From the NCBI GenBank assembly GCA_964291235.2, contig OZ219815.1:448001-512000 (forward strand): 64,000 nucleotides of DNA, in the 5' to 3' direction. Position numbers and translations under genes: made by a program. Position 1 is the first letter of the stretch; every line of letters begins with the position of its first letter. The notes under the pieces were generated by a model. It worked only from the letters and a program-made list of their open reading frames with translations, was not told the origin of the DNA and did not search any database. This stretch comes from Vicinamibacteria bacterium (GTDB lineage Bacteria; Acidobacteriota; Vicinamibacteria; Marinacidobacterales; Marinacidobacteraceae). Of this stretch, positions 54,500 through 64,000 are shown piece after piece.

Positions 54500-56043
54500 G
54501 CGGCCGATTCGACCGATTGCGCTCAGTGCTGGGGCGCCGGGGCGCCCGGGAAGGAGCCAACCTCGGGATCACGGCGCTGCTTCTGCTCGCCGTCCTGGTG
54601 GGCGTCAACTACGTCGCAAACCGCCGCAACGTCTCCTGGGACACCTCCGCCGGAGGCCAGTTCAGCCTCTCGCCCCAGACTGTCCGCATCCTCCAGGAAC
54701 TGGATCGCGACGTGCGCTTCGTGGTTCTCGACCAACCGCGGGCCGCCGGGCGAACCATCGAACTGTTCGAGCGCTACGCCGACCGCAGTGACCGGATCGA
54801 GTGGGAGGTCATCGATCAGGAGGCGCAACCCGCTCGGGCCCGGGCCTACCAGGCGACCGCGGAGGCGGGAATTCCGTTCGGCACCATCGTCGTCGAGAGC
54901 GGCGACCGGCAGGAACGGGTGACCGCGCCCCGGGAGCAGGACGTCACGAACGCCATCGTGAAGATCCTCAAGGGCGAGACCAAGACGATCTACTTCACGA
55001 CGGGACACCAGGAGCGCTCTCTCGAAGAGACCGGCGCCGGTGGCCTTTCCGCCATCCGTTCCCGGCTGGAGGAGTCGAACTACGCGGTCGCCGGATTGGC
55101 GCTGCTCGAGCGGGTCGAGGAGGGTGAGGTCCGGATCCCCGGGGATGCCGCGGCGGTGGTGATCGCCGGGCCCCGGCTCGACCTGCTGGAGGCCGAAGCT
55201 CGAGCCCTCGCCGCCCACGTCCGCGGAGGCGGCAAGGCGATGCTGCTCCTCGACCCTCCGGATCCTCCGGGGACCCCCGATCAAAGGCTCGAACTCACGG
55301 GACTGGCCGGAGAATTCGGAGCCGCACCCGCTGGAGACGTGGTCATCGACGCGAGCGGAGTGGGCCAGCTCTTCGGCTTCGGGGTGGAGGTTCCGCTGGC
55401 CGCCTCCTACGGGCTCCATCCGATCACCCGCGGCTTCGCGAATGCGGCCACCGTCTTCCCGCTGGCGCAGAGCCTGATCGCGACTCCGCCGGCTGAGCTT
55501 CCCGCCGGGATGCGGCTTTCGGAACTCGTCCTCAGCGCCGACGTCAGTTGGGGCGAGCGTGACGCCGAGGAACTCGAGACCGGCGAGGTGAACGCCGGGG
55601 ACGACGACCGGACCGGACCGCTGCGGCTCGCCTACGCGGTCCACGTGGAACCCCAGGCCGCGGACGAAGCGGCCGGGGAACCCGACCAGGAGGAACCCGA
55701 ACCGCCGGAAGCGGCCGCGGATCCGGCTGGCGGCGAGGGGGAAGAAGAGGGCGGCCCGGAATCCACCCCAAGGCCCGAAGGCCGTCTGGTGATCGTCGGG
55801 GATTCCGACTTCATCGGGAACAACCTGGCGCTCGCGCCCCTCGGAAACGCCGACCTCTTCCTCAACATGGTGAACTGGCTCACCGAGGACGAGGATCTGA
55901 TCGCGATCCGTCCGCGCTCCGCCGAGGACCGGCGCATCACGATGACCACGGCGCAGATGAGAAACGTCGTTCTGCTGAGCCTGGTGTTCCTGCCCGGGTT
56001 CTTCCTCATCTGGGGCGTCGCGGTCTGGTGGTCCCGCCGGTGA
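54496..56043 (+). CDS. GldG-like ABC auxiliary protein
   Basis: WDTS....SLSPQT, IYFTTGHQE, IAGP, VIVGDSDF, NADLFLNMVNWL, C-terminal TM. Confidence 0.88.
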   Translation: MSGRFDRLRSVLGRRGAREGANLGITALLLLAVLVGVNYVANRRNVSWDTSAGGQFSLSPQTVRILQELDRDVRFVVLDQPRAAGRTIELFERYADRSDRIEWEVIDQEAQPARARAYQATAEAGIPFGTIVVESGDRQERVTAPREQDVTNAIVKILKGETKTIYFTTGHQERSLEETGAGGLSAIRSRLEESNYAVAGLALLERVEEGEVRIPGDAAAVVIAGPRLDLLEAEARALAAHVRGGGKAMLLLDPPDPPGTPDQRLELTGLAGEFGAAPAGDVVIDASGVGQLFGFGVEVPLAASYGLHPITRGFANAATVFPLAQSLIATPPAELPAGMRLSELVLSADVSWGERDAEELETGEVNAGDDDRTGPLRLAYAVHVEPQAADEAAGEPDQEEPEPPEAAADPAGGEGEEEGGPESTPRPEGRLVIVGDSDFIGNNLALAPLGNADLFLNMVNWLTEDEDLIAIRPRSAEDRRITMTTAQMRNVVLLSLVFLPGFFLIWGVAVWWSRR

Positions 56044-56049
56044 GGTGAC

Positions 56050-57444
56050 GTGCGCCGGACGACGCTCCTCGCATTGCTGGCGGCCGCTGCGGTCGCGGGG
56101 TGGATCGCCCTGTTCGAGCGCGAAGACGGCGCTGAAGACGAGGGGCGACCGGTCTTCGGCCTGAACGAAACCGAAATCCTCGCCGTCGAGATCGGGCGGC
56201 CCGGCGAACCCACGGTCCATCTCACCCGGGACGGCAAGGGTTTCGTCGTAGCCGAGGGGGACGGGCCGGGATCGCCCGCCGCCGACCCAGAGGTGGATCT
56301 CCTGCTGCAGAACATCGGCTCGCTGCGCTTCGGCCGGGAGATCGAGGCCGTCGCCGACGGCGCCTGGGCCGAGTTCGGATTGGCGCCGCCCGAACTCTCG
56401 ATCCGGGTCATCCCGGAGACCGAACCGGCCGCACCGCTCACTGCCGGGTTCGGGGACGAAACCCCGGCAGCGGGCAACCGCTACCTCCGCGTCGGCGACC
56501 GGCTTCTGGTGGTCTCGGCCTTCGCGCGGGACAACTTCGACCTGAGCGCCTGGGATCTCCGCGACAAGCGGGTGTTTCGGCTGGATGCACCGGCGGCGCG
56601 CCGCCTCCGCCTGGCAACCGACGATGGGACGACGGTGGAGATTGCCCGGCAACAGGGCGCCTGGAACATTCTCCGCCCGTACCGTTTCGCCGCGGATCCC
56701 TACGAGACATCGCAGTTCGCGGCGCGCCTGCTGGACGCCGAGATGGCCGGTCTGGCGCCGGATCCCGATGAGGCGGAGGACGACCCCTTCGGGTTGGGCT
56801 CGCCGCGGCTGCGCGCCGATCTGGACCTGGTCGTCGGACCCCAGGAAGAGGCGCTCTCCTCGACGATCCACTTCGGCGGCGAGAGCCGCACCCCGCCGGG
56901 CGTCTTCGCCCGGCTGGAGCCGGACCCGCTGGTGTTCGTGGTCGGGAAGCCGTTCTTCGAGTCCCTCCGGGAGGCGGCGGCGACCGAAATGGCCGGCCTG
57001 CGCTCGCTGGATCTGTTTCGGTTCGCAGGCTTCCAGGCCGTGACCCTGCGGGTCCAGGGCCCGGAGGGCGAGACCCTCTTTCGGCGCCGGGACGGCGAAG
57101 AAGGCCGCGAGTGGACCCTGGAGGCCGGCGGCGCCCCGCCAGTCGTGGTGGATACGGTGGCCGTCGAGGATCTGGTCTACCGGCTGAACTCCACCGAAGC
57201 GGAGGACCTGGCCGACGAGACCCTGCCGGACACGGGCGCCGCCTGGAGCATCGCGGTGACCGAAACGAGCGATGACGGGGCGCCCCCGATCGAACCGGAA
57301 ACGGTGCGCTTCAGCGTCTCCGCCACCGGCCGGGTGCGCGCGCTGCGGGCGGGCGACGAGCGAACGCTCACGCTCGCGGTGGGTGCCTGGGAGGAGCTTG
57401 CCGCGCTCTATGCCGCCGCACAGCAACCCGCGGAGGCGTCGTGA
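56050..57444 (+). CDS. DUF4340-like domain protein
   Basis: N-terminal anchor, repeated FGL..P and LRD/LRS modules; follows the GldG-like gene. Confidence 0.75.
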   Translation: MRRTTLLALLAAAAVAGWIALFEREDGAEDEGRPVFGLNETEILAVEIGRPGEPTVHLTRDGKGFVVAEGDGPGSPAADPEVDLLLQNIGSLRFGREIEAVADGAWAEFGLAPPELSIRVIPETEPAAPLTAGFGDETPAAGNRYLRVGDRLLVVSAFARDNFDLSAWDLRDKRVFRLDAPAARRLRLATDDGTTVEIARQQGAWNILRPYRFAADPYETSQFAARLLDAEMAGLAPDPDEAEDDPFGLGSPRLRADLDLVVGPQEEALSSTIHFGGESRTPPGVFARLEPDPLVFVVGKPFFESLREAAATEMAGLRSLDLFRFAGFQAVTLRVQGPEGETLFRRRDGEEGREWTLEAGGAPPVVVDTVAVEDLVYRLNSTEAEDLADETLPDTGAAWSIAVTETSDDGAPPIEPETVRFSVSATGRVRALRAGDERTLTLAVGAWEELAALYAAAQQPAEAS

Positions 57445-58985
57445 GCCTCGCCGCCGGGCGGCGTAATTTGCGAGAGTAGGTCCCGCAGGGCCTGGTCGCC
57501 GGGAGCGTGCTCCAGGGCGGAACGCAACACCTCGGCCGCCGCCTCGCGGCGGCCGGCCCGGAGAAGAAGCTCGGCGAGCCCCACCGAAGCCGAAGTGTGG
57601 GCGGGGTCGGCCGCCAGCGCTTCGCGGTAACGGGATTCGGCCTCCGGCGGCCGGCCCAGCATCTCCAGCACCAAGGCGCTATCGGCGAGCGGTCCGGCAC
57701 GCGCCGGACCGGCGGTGCGGTCGAGCACCTGGCCAAACAGCGTGAGCGCCCGGGCCGGATCGCCGCTCATCGCGAAGGCGGTGGCGGCGGCGGCGCGAAT
57801 CCCGGGCGAGATCCCCCCGCCGCCGGCCTCGAGAACGCGGTCGAACAGCACCGCGGCAGCAGCCGGATCGCCTTCCCGCAGCCTCACGTCGGCCAGCCAG
57901 CGAGCGGCGCTCAGCGAGGCGCCCCCGAGCGGTTCGCCGACCGCGGGAACCAGGGGCGCGAGGACCTCGGCGGCGGCCGCAAGATTGCCCGATTGAAGCT
58001 GCGCCCGCGCCATCCCGATGTCGAAGGCCGGATCCCCGGGGTAGCGCGCCGCGGCCGCCCGCAGCACCCGGATCGCCTCTCCCAGCTCCCCGCCGTCGAG
58101 CAGCAACCCGAGCAGTTCCACCCAATCGTTCCGACCTTCACCCCCCGCCGGACCTGGCGCGCCAGCCGCCGAGGACCCGGAAACGATCGGATGGTCGCGG
58201 ACCGCCGCGAGCAGCAGGGCGCGGCGGCGCTCCCGCTGGCGGCTTTCCTCATACCCGGACAGCAGCCGCTCCCCCTGGGCGACGAGGTCCGGATCCGGAT
58301 CCTGGGCGAGTAACTGGCCGAGCCGGAAGCGCGCCGCCGGATCGTCCGGCGCCGCCGCTACGGCTCGCCGGAGCCAGACGACCGCCTCGGCGCGACGTCC
58401 AAGCTGGGCGAGACAGCGTCCGAACTCGTAGGCGGCGCCCGGTGGTGGGGTCGGGGCCGCTGCCGCAGCCTCCAGGAGCGGCAGGGCTCCCGCATGGTCG
58501 TCTTCGGCGAGCCGCAACCTCCCGTGCTCCAGCGCCAGGGTCGCCGAATCGCCCGGGGCCGGGGAACCGAGCACCCGCCTGGCCTCGGGCAGGAGACCGG
58601 ATTCACGGAGTCCGGCTCCGAGTTCCAGCCGGAGTTCATCGGAGAGCGGGACTTGCCGGGACAGCAACCCGCCGAGCAGCGCACGCGCTTCGTCGTCGCG
58701 GTTGAGCGTCGCGAGCAGCCGAACGCGCAGCGCCAGGTTTTCGGGCTCGCGCGGAGCGCCTTCGAGCGCGGCGACCGCCGCCGAATAGTCGAGCAGCCCA
58801 ACGTATGCCTCCGCCCGGAAGCGAAGCAACTCCGGGTGGGCGCCCTCGGGGCCGGCGCGGTCCAGGACTTCCAGCGCGGAGGCGAAGTCCTCTTGTCCAA
58901 GCAACTGGCGAACCTGAACCAGCAACGCCGTATCCGGCTGGGAGATTCCCAACCCGGCCCAGATCGCGAGGGCGAGCGCCGTCAT
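57408..58985 (-). CDS. Tetratricopeptide repeat protein, exported
   Basis: Repeated A...L..A....P helical TPR-like units, N-terminal hydrophobic stretch. Confidence 0.75.
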   Translation of the reverse strand: MTALALAIWAGLGISQPDTALLVQVRQLLGQEDFASALEVLDRAGPEGAHPELLRFRAEAYVGLLDYSAAVAALEGAPREPENLALRVRLLATLNRDDEARALLGGLLSRQVPLSDELRLELGAGLRESGLLPEARRVLGSPAPGDSATLALEHGRLRLAEDDHAGALPLLEAAAAAPTPPPGAAYEFGRCLAQLGRRAEAVVWLRRAVAAAPDDPAARFRLGQLLAQDPDPDLVAQGERLLSGYEESRQRERRRALLLAAVRDHPIVSGSSAAGAPGPAGGEGRNDWVELLGLLLDGGELGEAIRVLRAAAARYPGDPAFDIGMARAQLQSGNLAAAAEVLAPLVPAVGEPLGGASLSAARWLADVRLREGDPAAAAVLFDRVLEAGGGGISPGIRAAAATAFAMSGDPARALTLFGQVLDRTAGPARAGPLADSALVLEMLGRPPEAESRYREALAADPAHTSASVGLAELLLRAGRREAAAEVLRSALEHAPGDQALRDLLSQITPPGGEAHDASAGCCAAA

Positions 58986-59022
58986 GGTCGCCAGGCCACG
59001 CCCCCTCGGAAGCCTTTTGCGG

Positions 59023-59787
59023 TTACGGCGTCACGGTGAGCGAGACGGCTTCGTCCTCGCCGAGGAACTCGTCGTTCGAGTGGAAGAACCAGCTTCGCTT
59101 CGCCGGGAGCCGGAGCCCCCCGCTGCCGATCTCACCTTCCAGGTGGATGTACTCGCCGTCGTTCGCCGATTCGTCGTGGTAGAAGCGGTAGCCGACCAGC
59201 CGGGCGGTGTCCGGGTGGAAATAGAAGTACCAGGTATCCCCGCCCACCTCGGGGTCGTAGGTCACCCGGACCTTGAGCGCCTCCTGCCCGTCAAAGGAGT
59301 CCGCCACCGGCTCCGGGTCCACGATGGTCCCCGGATCGCGGAGCTTCATCGGCAACCCCCACACGAACAGGTAGTAGTTCCGGAGCCACATCACCCGCTC
59401 GGCATCGAGACCGTGCTCGGCAAAGGCTTCCTCGTCGAGGTCCTCGCTCCCGTCCACCGCGCGGCTCAGGATCTGTTCCCCGGCAACCGCAAAGGTCAGC
59501 GTTGCCGAGTCCGTCTCCCGGCTGACCTCCATCGCGCCGCTTCCCGGCGCCATCCCCACTTCGACGGCGCGGGTGACGCCGTTCGGCCGCGACTCCATGA
59601 TCCGGAGCGCGACCTCGCCGGTGTCCCAGCGGCCGTCCGGGTCGTGGTAGGCGATGGACTTCGCGATGAGCGCCTCGGCGGCGGAAACCGCCGGCGCTGC
59701 CGGCTCCGGCGCGGGAGGTTCGCCTCCGCAGCCCACGAAGATCCCGGCCAGCAGGACCGGCATCAGATTGGCTTTCGTTCGCATCAT
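59023..59787 (-). CDS. Hypothetical lipoprotein (DUF6503-like)
   Basis: FVGC lipobox; SIAYHDP, RNYYLFVWGLPMKLRDPG, VTYDPEVGGDTWYFYF; ATGA overlap with the ALDH stop. Confidence 0.7.
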   Translation of the reverse strand: MMRTKANLMPVLLAGIFVGCGGEPPAPEPAAPAVSAAEALIAKSIAYHDPDGRWDTGEVALRIMESRPNGVTRAVEVGMAPGSGAMEVSRETDSATLTFAVAGEQILSRAVDGSEDLDEEAFAEHGLDAERVMWLRNYYLFVWGLPMKLRDPGTIVDPEPVADSFDGQEALKVRVTYDPEVGGDTWYFYFHPDTARLVGYRFYHDESANDGEYIHLEGEIGSGGLRLPAKRSWFFHSNDEFLGEDEAVSLTVTP

Positions 59788-61334
59788 GTTGTTCCTTCGC
59801 CGGGTGTTCCTTCGCCTGCGGACCCGAACTCGATGCCCTGGGCAAGCGGCAGGTCCTTCGACCAGTTGATGGTGTTCGTCTGACGGCGCATGTAGGCCTT
59901 CCAGGCGTCGGAGCCGGACTCCCGGCCGCCGCCGGTGTCCTTCTCGCCGCCGAACGCGCCCCCAATTTCGGCGCCCGAGGTTCCGATGTTCACGTTGGCG
60001 ATGCCGCAGTCGGAGCCCCGCGCCGAGAGAAACGTCTCCGCTTCCCGGAGGCTGTCCGTGAAGATCGCCGAAGAGAGTCCCTGCGGTACGTCGTTGTGTA
60101 GCGAGAGCGCTTCTTCCAGGGAGTCGGTCTCCAGCACGTAGAGGATGGGAGCGAACGTCTCCTCGGCCACCAGCGACGTCTGCGCCGACATCCGGACGAT
60201 GGCCGGTTCCACGTGGTTGGGGCCGATGTCCGGCCGCCGCCCCCCGCCACAGACGACGGCGCCGCCTTCGGCGGCCACCCGTTCCAGCGCTCCCTGCATC
60301 GCTTCGACGGCGTCGGCCGAAATCAGCGGACCCATCAGGGTGGCGGGATCGAGAGGGTCCCCGATCGGGACCTGCCGGTAGGCGTCGGCAAGCCGCTCGG
60401 TGAGCGGCCCGGCGATCTCCCGGTCGGCAATTACCCGGCGGGTGGTGGTGCAGCGCTGGCCGGTGGTGCCCACCGAACCGAAAACGATGGCCCGCACCGC
60501 GAGGTCGAGATCGGCGTTCCGGCTCACCACCACCGCGTTGTTGCCGCCGAGCTCCAGCAGGCAGCGGCCCAGGCGGCCGGCGACCTCGGTGGCGACCTTC
60601 CGCCCCACCCGGGTGGAACCGGTGAACGAGATCAGCGGCAGCCGGCGGTCGGCGGCCAGGTTCGCGCCGAGTGCACCCCCGCCGACGAGCAGGTTGAAGA
60701 CTCCCGGCACGCCGTGGTCGTCCATGACGCGGTTGGCGATGTTCTGGACGGCAACCGCACAGAGCGGCGTGTGCTCCGAGGGTTTCCAGATCACCGGATC
60801 CCCGCAAACCGCGGCGATGGCGGCATTCCAGGACCAGACCGCCATCGGGAAATTGAAGGCGGTGATCACTCCGACGGGCCCGAGTGGGTGCCACTGCTCG
60901 AACATCCGGTGGCCGGGCCGCTCGGATGCCATCGTCAACCCGTAGAGCTGGCGGGAAAGTCCCACCGCGAAGTCGCAGATGTCGATCATCTCCTGGACTT
61001 CGCCGTGTCCTTCGGCCCGGATCTTTCCGGCTTCGAGCGCGATCAGGTCGCCGAGCGGTTCCTTATCCTCGCGGAGCGCGCTCCCCAGATCGCGCACCAG
61101 GTCCCCGCGCTTGGGGGCCGGGAGTTCGCGGAGCGCACGAAACGCCTGCGCCGCTTCGGCCACCACCTGCTCCGCCGCCGGAACGTCGGCGGGGATGACG
61201 GCGGCGATGGACTCCCCGGTGGAAGGGTTCCGGGAGACGAGCGGCGCCTCTCCCGTGAGAATCCAGCCCTCCGGGCCGGTGCAGGCGCCGGGTGCGCCCT
61301 CCCCGAGTCCCAATCGATCCAAGACGGTATGCAT
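59784..61334 (-). CDS. Aldehyde dehydrogenase family 7 (alpha-aminoadipic semialdehyde/P6C dehydrogenase-like)
   Basis: GEVQEMIDICDFAVGLSRQL, SFTGST, LELGGNNA, GQRCTT, GSDCGIANVNIGTSGAEIGGAFGGEK, LPLAQGI. Confidence 0.93.
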   Translation of the reverse strand: MHTVLDRLGLGEGAPGACTGPEGWILTGEAPLVSRNPSTGESIAAVIPADVPAAEQVVAEAAQAFRALRELPAPKRGDLVRDLGSALREDKEPLGDLIALEAGKIRAEGHGEVQEMIDICDFAVGLSRQLYGLTMASERPGHRMFEQWHPLGPVGVITAFNFPMAVWSWNAAIAAVCGDPVIWKPSEHTPLCAVAVQNIANRVMDDHGVPGVFNLLVGGGALGANLAADRRLPLISFTGSTRVGRKVATEVAGRLGRCLLELGGNNAVVVSRNADLDLAVRAIVFGSVGTTGQRCTTTRRVIADREIAGPLTERLADAYRQVPIGDPLDPATLMGPLISADAVEAMQGALERVAAEGGAVVCGGGRRPDIGPNHVEPAIVRMSAQTSLVAEETFAPILYVLETDSLEEALSLHNDVPQGLSSAIFTDSLREAETFLSARGSDCGIANVNIGTSGAEIGGAFGGEKDTGGGRESGSDAWKAYMRRQTNTINWSKDLPLAQGIEFGSAGEGTPGEGTT

Positions 61335-61370
61335 GTCGCCCGTATCGTAAGGCGCGTCCTGACTGGCGGC

Positions 61371-63521
61371 TTACTCGAGGACCTGGTAGCCGGGTTCGTC
61401 CTCCACCACCAGGATCCGCTGGTTGGCGGGAACGTTCCGGAGCACCCGGTGACCGCCGCCCGGCCAGCGAATGGTGACCTCGGCAACGGTCTGATGCTGC
61501 CCCAGGCCGAACTCCAGGATCGGACTGGGCGTCACGCCGAAGCCCCCGCCGATCGCGACTTCCTGCAACTGGACCGGTGCATCCGGCGCATCGGTGACCC
61601 GCAGCGTCACCCGGGCGCCCACCGCGTCGGGGTGGAGGCGCGAGGCGCGCAGCAGAATGTGGAGCCAGCCGTTCGGATGCGGCAACTGCGCGGCCGGATT
61701 GCGGTAGAAGCGACTCCGCTGCCGGTCGCCCGGAAAGGCCCCGCCGATCGGGACGAAGAGATCGAGATCGCCGTCGTGGTCGGGATCCGCGAAGGTGGCG
61801 CCGTGCCCCTTCCCGAGATCGTCCACCCCGGCCGAGGCGCTGACGTCGGCAAACGTCCCGTCACCGAGGTTGCGGAACAGCCGATTCGGTTCGAACCGCT
61901 CCATGGGCGGCGCCCCGGCGCCGATGAAGATGTCCAGCCAGCCGTCGTTGTCGTAGTCCCCGAAGGTTGCCGCCATCGCGCCGAGGTTCCAGGAGAGCCC
62001 GGCTTCCGCGGTGACGTCGGTGAAGCCGCCGTCCTGGTCGTTGCGGTAGAGCGCCAGCCGGCTGCCATCGCGGACCGCCCTTCCCTCCTGCTGGCTCTGC
62101 AGCGCCGTCTCCATGTCGGAGGTGAAGCCGACGACCAGAATGTCGAGCCAGCCGTCGCCATCGTAGTCAAAGAAGAACCCGACGAATCCCTCCTGCGGGG
62201 CGCGGAGCCCCGCCACGGCGGTGACATCCTCGAACCCCGCGCCCTCCAGGTTGCGGTAGAGCACCGGGCGGTCGAAGAAGTTCACGACCAGCAGGTCCGG
62301 CCAGCCGTCGCCGTCGTAGTCCCCGAAGGCCGAGCCGACGGAACGGCCGTGGTCCGCCACCCCCATCGCCGCGGCTCGCTCGACGAAGCGGCCCTCGGGG
62401 GCGCCCAGGAAGAGTTCGTTGGGGGCGCCGCCCCGGGTGGCCACCCCGTTCGCCACGTAGAGGTCGAGAAGGCCGTCGCGGTTCACGTCGGCGACCGAGG
62501 CGGTAAACGCGTCCGCCGGGCTCGCGACGCCCGCCGCCGCGGACACATCCACGAAGCGGCCCCCGTCGTTGCGGTACAAGCTGTTCTCGTCGTCGCCGTC
62601 CCAGCCGTCGCGGGTGATGTACAGATCGGGATCACCGTCCCGGTCGTAGTCGAAGAAAAGGCCCGACCAACCGCCGCGCGGGTCGAAGAGCGCCGCGTCG
62701 AGAGCGGCCGGCGCAAAGGTCGCCTCGCCATCCTCGCGAAGACGATTTCGGTAGAGCGCGTGCGGATCCCGGATGCCGAGGGCCAGCAGGTCCAGGTCCC
62801 CGTCTCCGTCAACGTCCGCCCAGCCGCTGGCCCGCGCCCGCGACCAGCGCTCGATCCCGACCGCCGCCGACACCTCCTCGAACGCGAACGGAGAGTCCGC
62901 CCCGCGACTCGGGATCTCGAGCCGATAGCGGTCCGGAAGCGATGCCGGATCGTCGCCCGCTTCCCCGGCGGCGACCATCAGGTTCCAGCGCGGCTCGAGC
63001 ATCTCGGGCTCGAGGTCCACCGCCTGGCGTAGCGCGGCCGCCGCGGGCCCGGGAGCGCCCATCCGGAGCAGGGTGGCTCCGAGCGCCCGGAGGGTGGTGG
63101 GGCTGTCGGGCGTCTCCCGGAGCACCACCTCGAAGTCGGCGGTGGCCGCCGCGTAGTTGCCGAGTCGTAACTGGGCAATGCCGCGCCAATGGAACTGGCG
63201 CGGATTCGAGCCGTCGAGCGCTATGGCGCGGGAGAGGTGGTAGTCGGCGAGGCGCAGGCTGGTGTAGCCGCGCTGGATGTAGGCGAGACCCACGTAGAAA
63301 TGTGCCCCCACATGATCCGGGTCCAGCGCGACGGCGTACTGGAAGAGTTCGATCGCGCGGTCGTTGTTCCGGAGCCCCACCATCCGGAGGCCGTGCTGGA
63401 AGTGCTCCTCGGCCGCCGCCTCGCGGATGTCCGGGGCACCATCCTGACCCGCTCCGGGAACCACCGGCAGCGCCGCGAACAGGAGCGCGAGCGCCAGCCG
63501 CTTCGGGAGCGGGGCTTTCAC
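61371..63521 (-). CDS. Exported TPR + FG-GAP repeat (CRTAC1/ASPIC-UnbV-like) protein
   Basis: Signal peptide, TPRs, many D.D.DG..D repeats, C-terminal FGLG...IRWP.G. Confidence 0.88.
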   Translation of the reverse strand: MKAPLPKRLALALLFAALPVVPGAGQDGAPDIREAAAEEHFQHGLRMVGLRNNDRAIELFQYAVALDPDHVGAHFYVGLAYIQRGYTSLRLADYHLSRAIALDGSNPRQFHWRGIAQLRLGNYAAATADFEVVLRETPDSPTTLRALGATLLRMGAPGPAAAALRQAVDLEPEMLEPRWNLMVAAGEAGDDPASLPDRYRLEIPSRGADSPFAFEEVSAAVGIERWSRARASGWADVDGDGDLDLLALGIRDPHALYRNRLREDGEATFAPAALDAALFDPRGGWSGLFFDYDRDGDPDLYITRDGWDGDDENSLYRNDGGRFVDVSAAAGVASPADAFTASVADVNRDGLLDLYVANGVATRGGAPNELFLGAPEGRFVERAAAMGVADHGRSVGSAFGDYDGDGWPDLLVVNFFDRPVLYRNLEGAGFEDVTAVAGLRAPQEGFVGFFFDYDGDGWLDILVVGFTSDMETALQSQQEGRAVRDGSRLALYRNDQDGGFTDVTAEAGLSWNLGAMAATFGDYDNDGWLDIFIGAGAPPMERFEPNRLFRNLGDGTFADVSASAGVDDLGKGHGATFADPDHDGDLDLFVPIGGAFPGDRQRSRFYRNPAAQLPHPNGWLHILLRASRLHPDAVGARVTLRVTDAPDAPVQLQEVAIGGGFGVTPSPILEFGLGQHQTVAEVTIRWPGGGHRVLRNVPANQRILVVEDEPGYQVLE

Positions 63522-63541
63522 GCCGGGGACGATACGCGAAA

Positions 63542-63569
63542 GGGGCGGGGGCCTTCCGGCCCCCGCCCC
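63542..63569 (-). terminator. Intrinsic terminator-like hairpin after the TonB-dependent receptor
   Basis: 12-bp stem GGGGCGGGGGCC/GGCCCCCGCCCC, followed by TTT on the minus strand. Confidence 0.65.
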
Positions 63570-63590
63570 GAAGTGCTCTCGCGCGACAGG

Positions 63591-64000
63591 TCAGTAGGTG
63601 ATCTTGACGCCGATCATGAGCCGGCGGGGATCCACGAAGCGCTCGCCGATCCCGAACACGCTTGAACCAAAGGTTTGGGACGCTACGTCTTCGGGGGATG
63701 TCGCATTCATCAGGTTGAGCGCGTCCACGAACACCTCGAACCGGGTCGTTTCCGCGAGGAATGTGGTCCTCGAGATCCGGAAGTCCAGGAGGTTCTGGTC
63801 GTCGAGCCGCTGCGACCCAGGGCTCTCGAGAAAGATGTTCTGTCCGCCCTGCGGCAGTACGTCTCTCTCCACCCGGCCGCGCGCCGCCCACGGCTTGCCG
63901 TTGAAGTAGGCGTAGTTCCAGCCGAACAGGATGTCGTAGGGCAGGAGCAGCGTCCCGGTGACCCGGAAGGTGTGGGTCCGGTCGTTCAGCAGGTTCCCCT
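63591..64000 (-). CDS. TonB-dependent receptor (Oar-like), C-terminal part; gene starts beyond the window
   Basis: Open frame ...NDRTHTFRVTG...LDFRISR...FVDALNLMN...DPRRLMIGVKITY with terminal aromatic residue. Confidence 0.75.
   Translation of the reverse strand, partial: GNLLNDRTHTFRVTGTLLLPYDILFGWNYAYFNGKPWAARGRVERDVLPQGGQNIFLESPGSQRLDDQNLLDFRISRTTFLAETTRFEVFVDALNLMNATSPEDVASQTFGSSVFGIGERFVDPRRLMIGVKITY

Noticed and set aside
54523-57426. 967-aa minus-strand ORF
   Set aside because: Antisense to the GldG-like and DUF4340-like genes; no recognisable domain
52665-57444. Gliding-motility system
   Set aside because: GldA/F/G-like ABC plus DUF4340 clusters are widespread; no motor or T9SS genes are visible here
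60213-63032. 939-aa plus-strand ORF
   Set aside because: Antisense to ALDH7 and the TPR/FG-GAP gene

Overview
A gene-dense, very GC-rich bacterial chromosome segment. The VWA protein type, signal-bearing ATP synthase c subunit, split atpZ/I/B/E cluster, Oar-like TonB receptor and TPR/FG-GAP protein suggest an Acidobacteriota-like organism (inference). I found no rRNA, tRNA, CRISPR array or transposase. Most of the window is catabolic, transport and housekeeping genes: three M24 peptidase paralogs, a haloacid dehalogenase, TRAP/ABC/SSS/OPT transporters, two M20 enzymes, a hydantoinase-racemase-amidase operon, tsaD, mtnA, Fo genes, nuoL/nuoM, a dGTPase and a Gld-like ABC cluster. The strongest candidates for something new are: (1) a lower-GC, tightly coupled three-gene cassette (8698->6984) that looks like a chaperone-antitoxin-ADP-ribosyltransferase-like toxin module, next to an orphan membrane protein; (2) a RuBisCO-like protein fused to a cupin near mtnA, i.e. 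two MTA-isoprenoid-shunt steps in one polypeptide; (3) a FitA-like RHH antitoxin fused to a nuclease-like domain; (4) two families of small palindromic/MITE-like repeats, with one copy translated in-frame inside an ABC ATPase and others overlapping stop codons; (5) enzymes with altered catalytic motifs (a one-cysteine racemase homolog, a non-canonical M20, an Smr domain without DxH). All family assignments come from motif recognition by eye and need HMM or structure confirmation.
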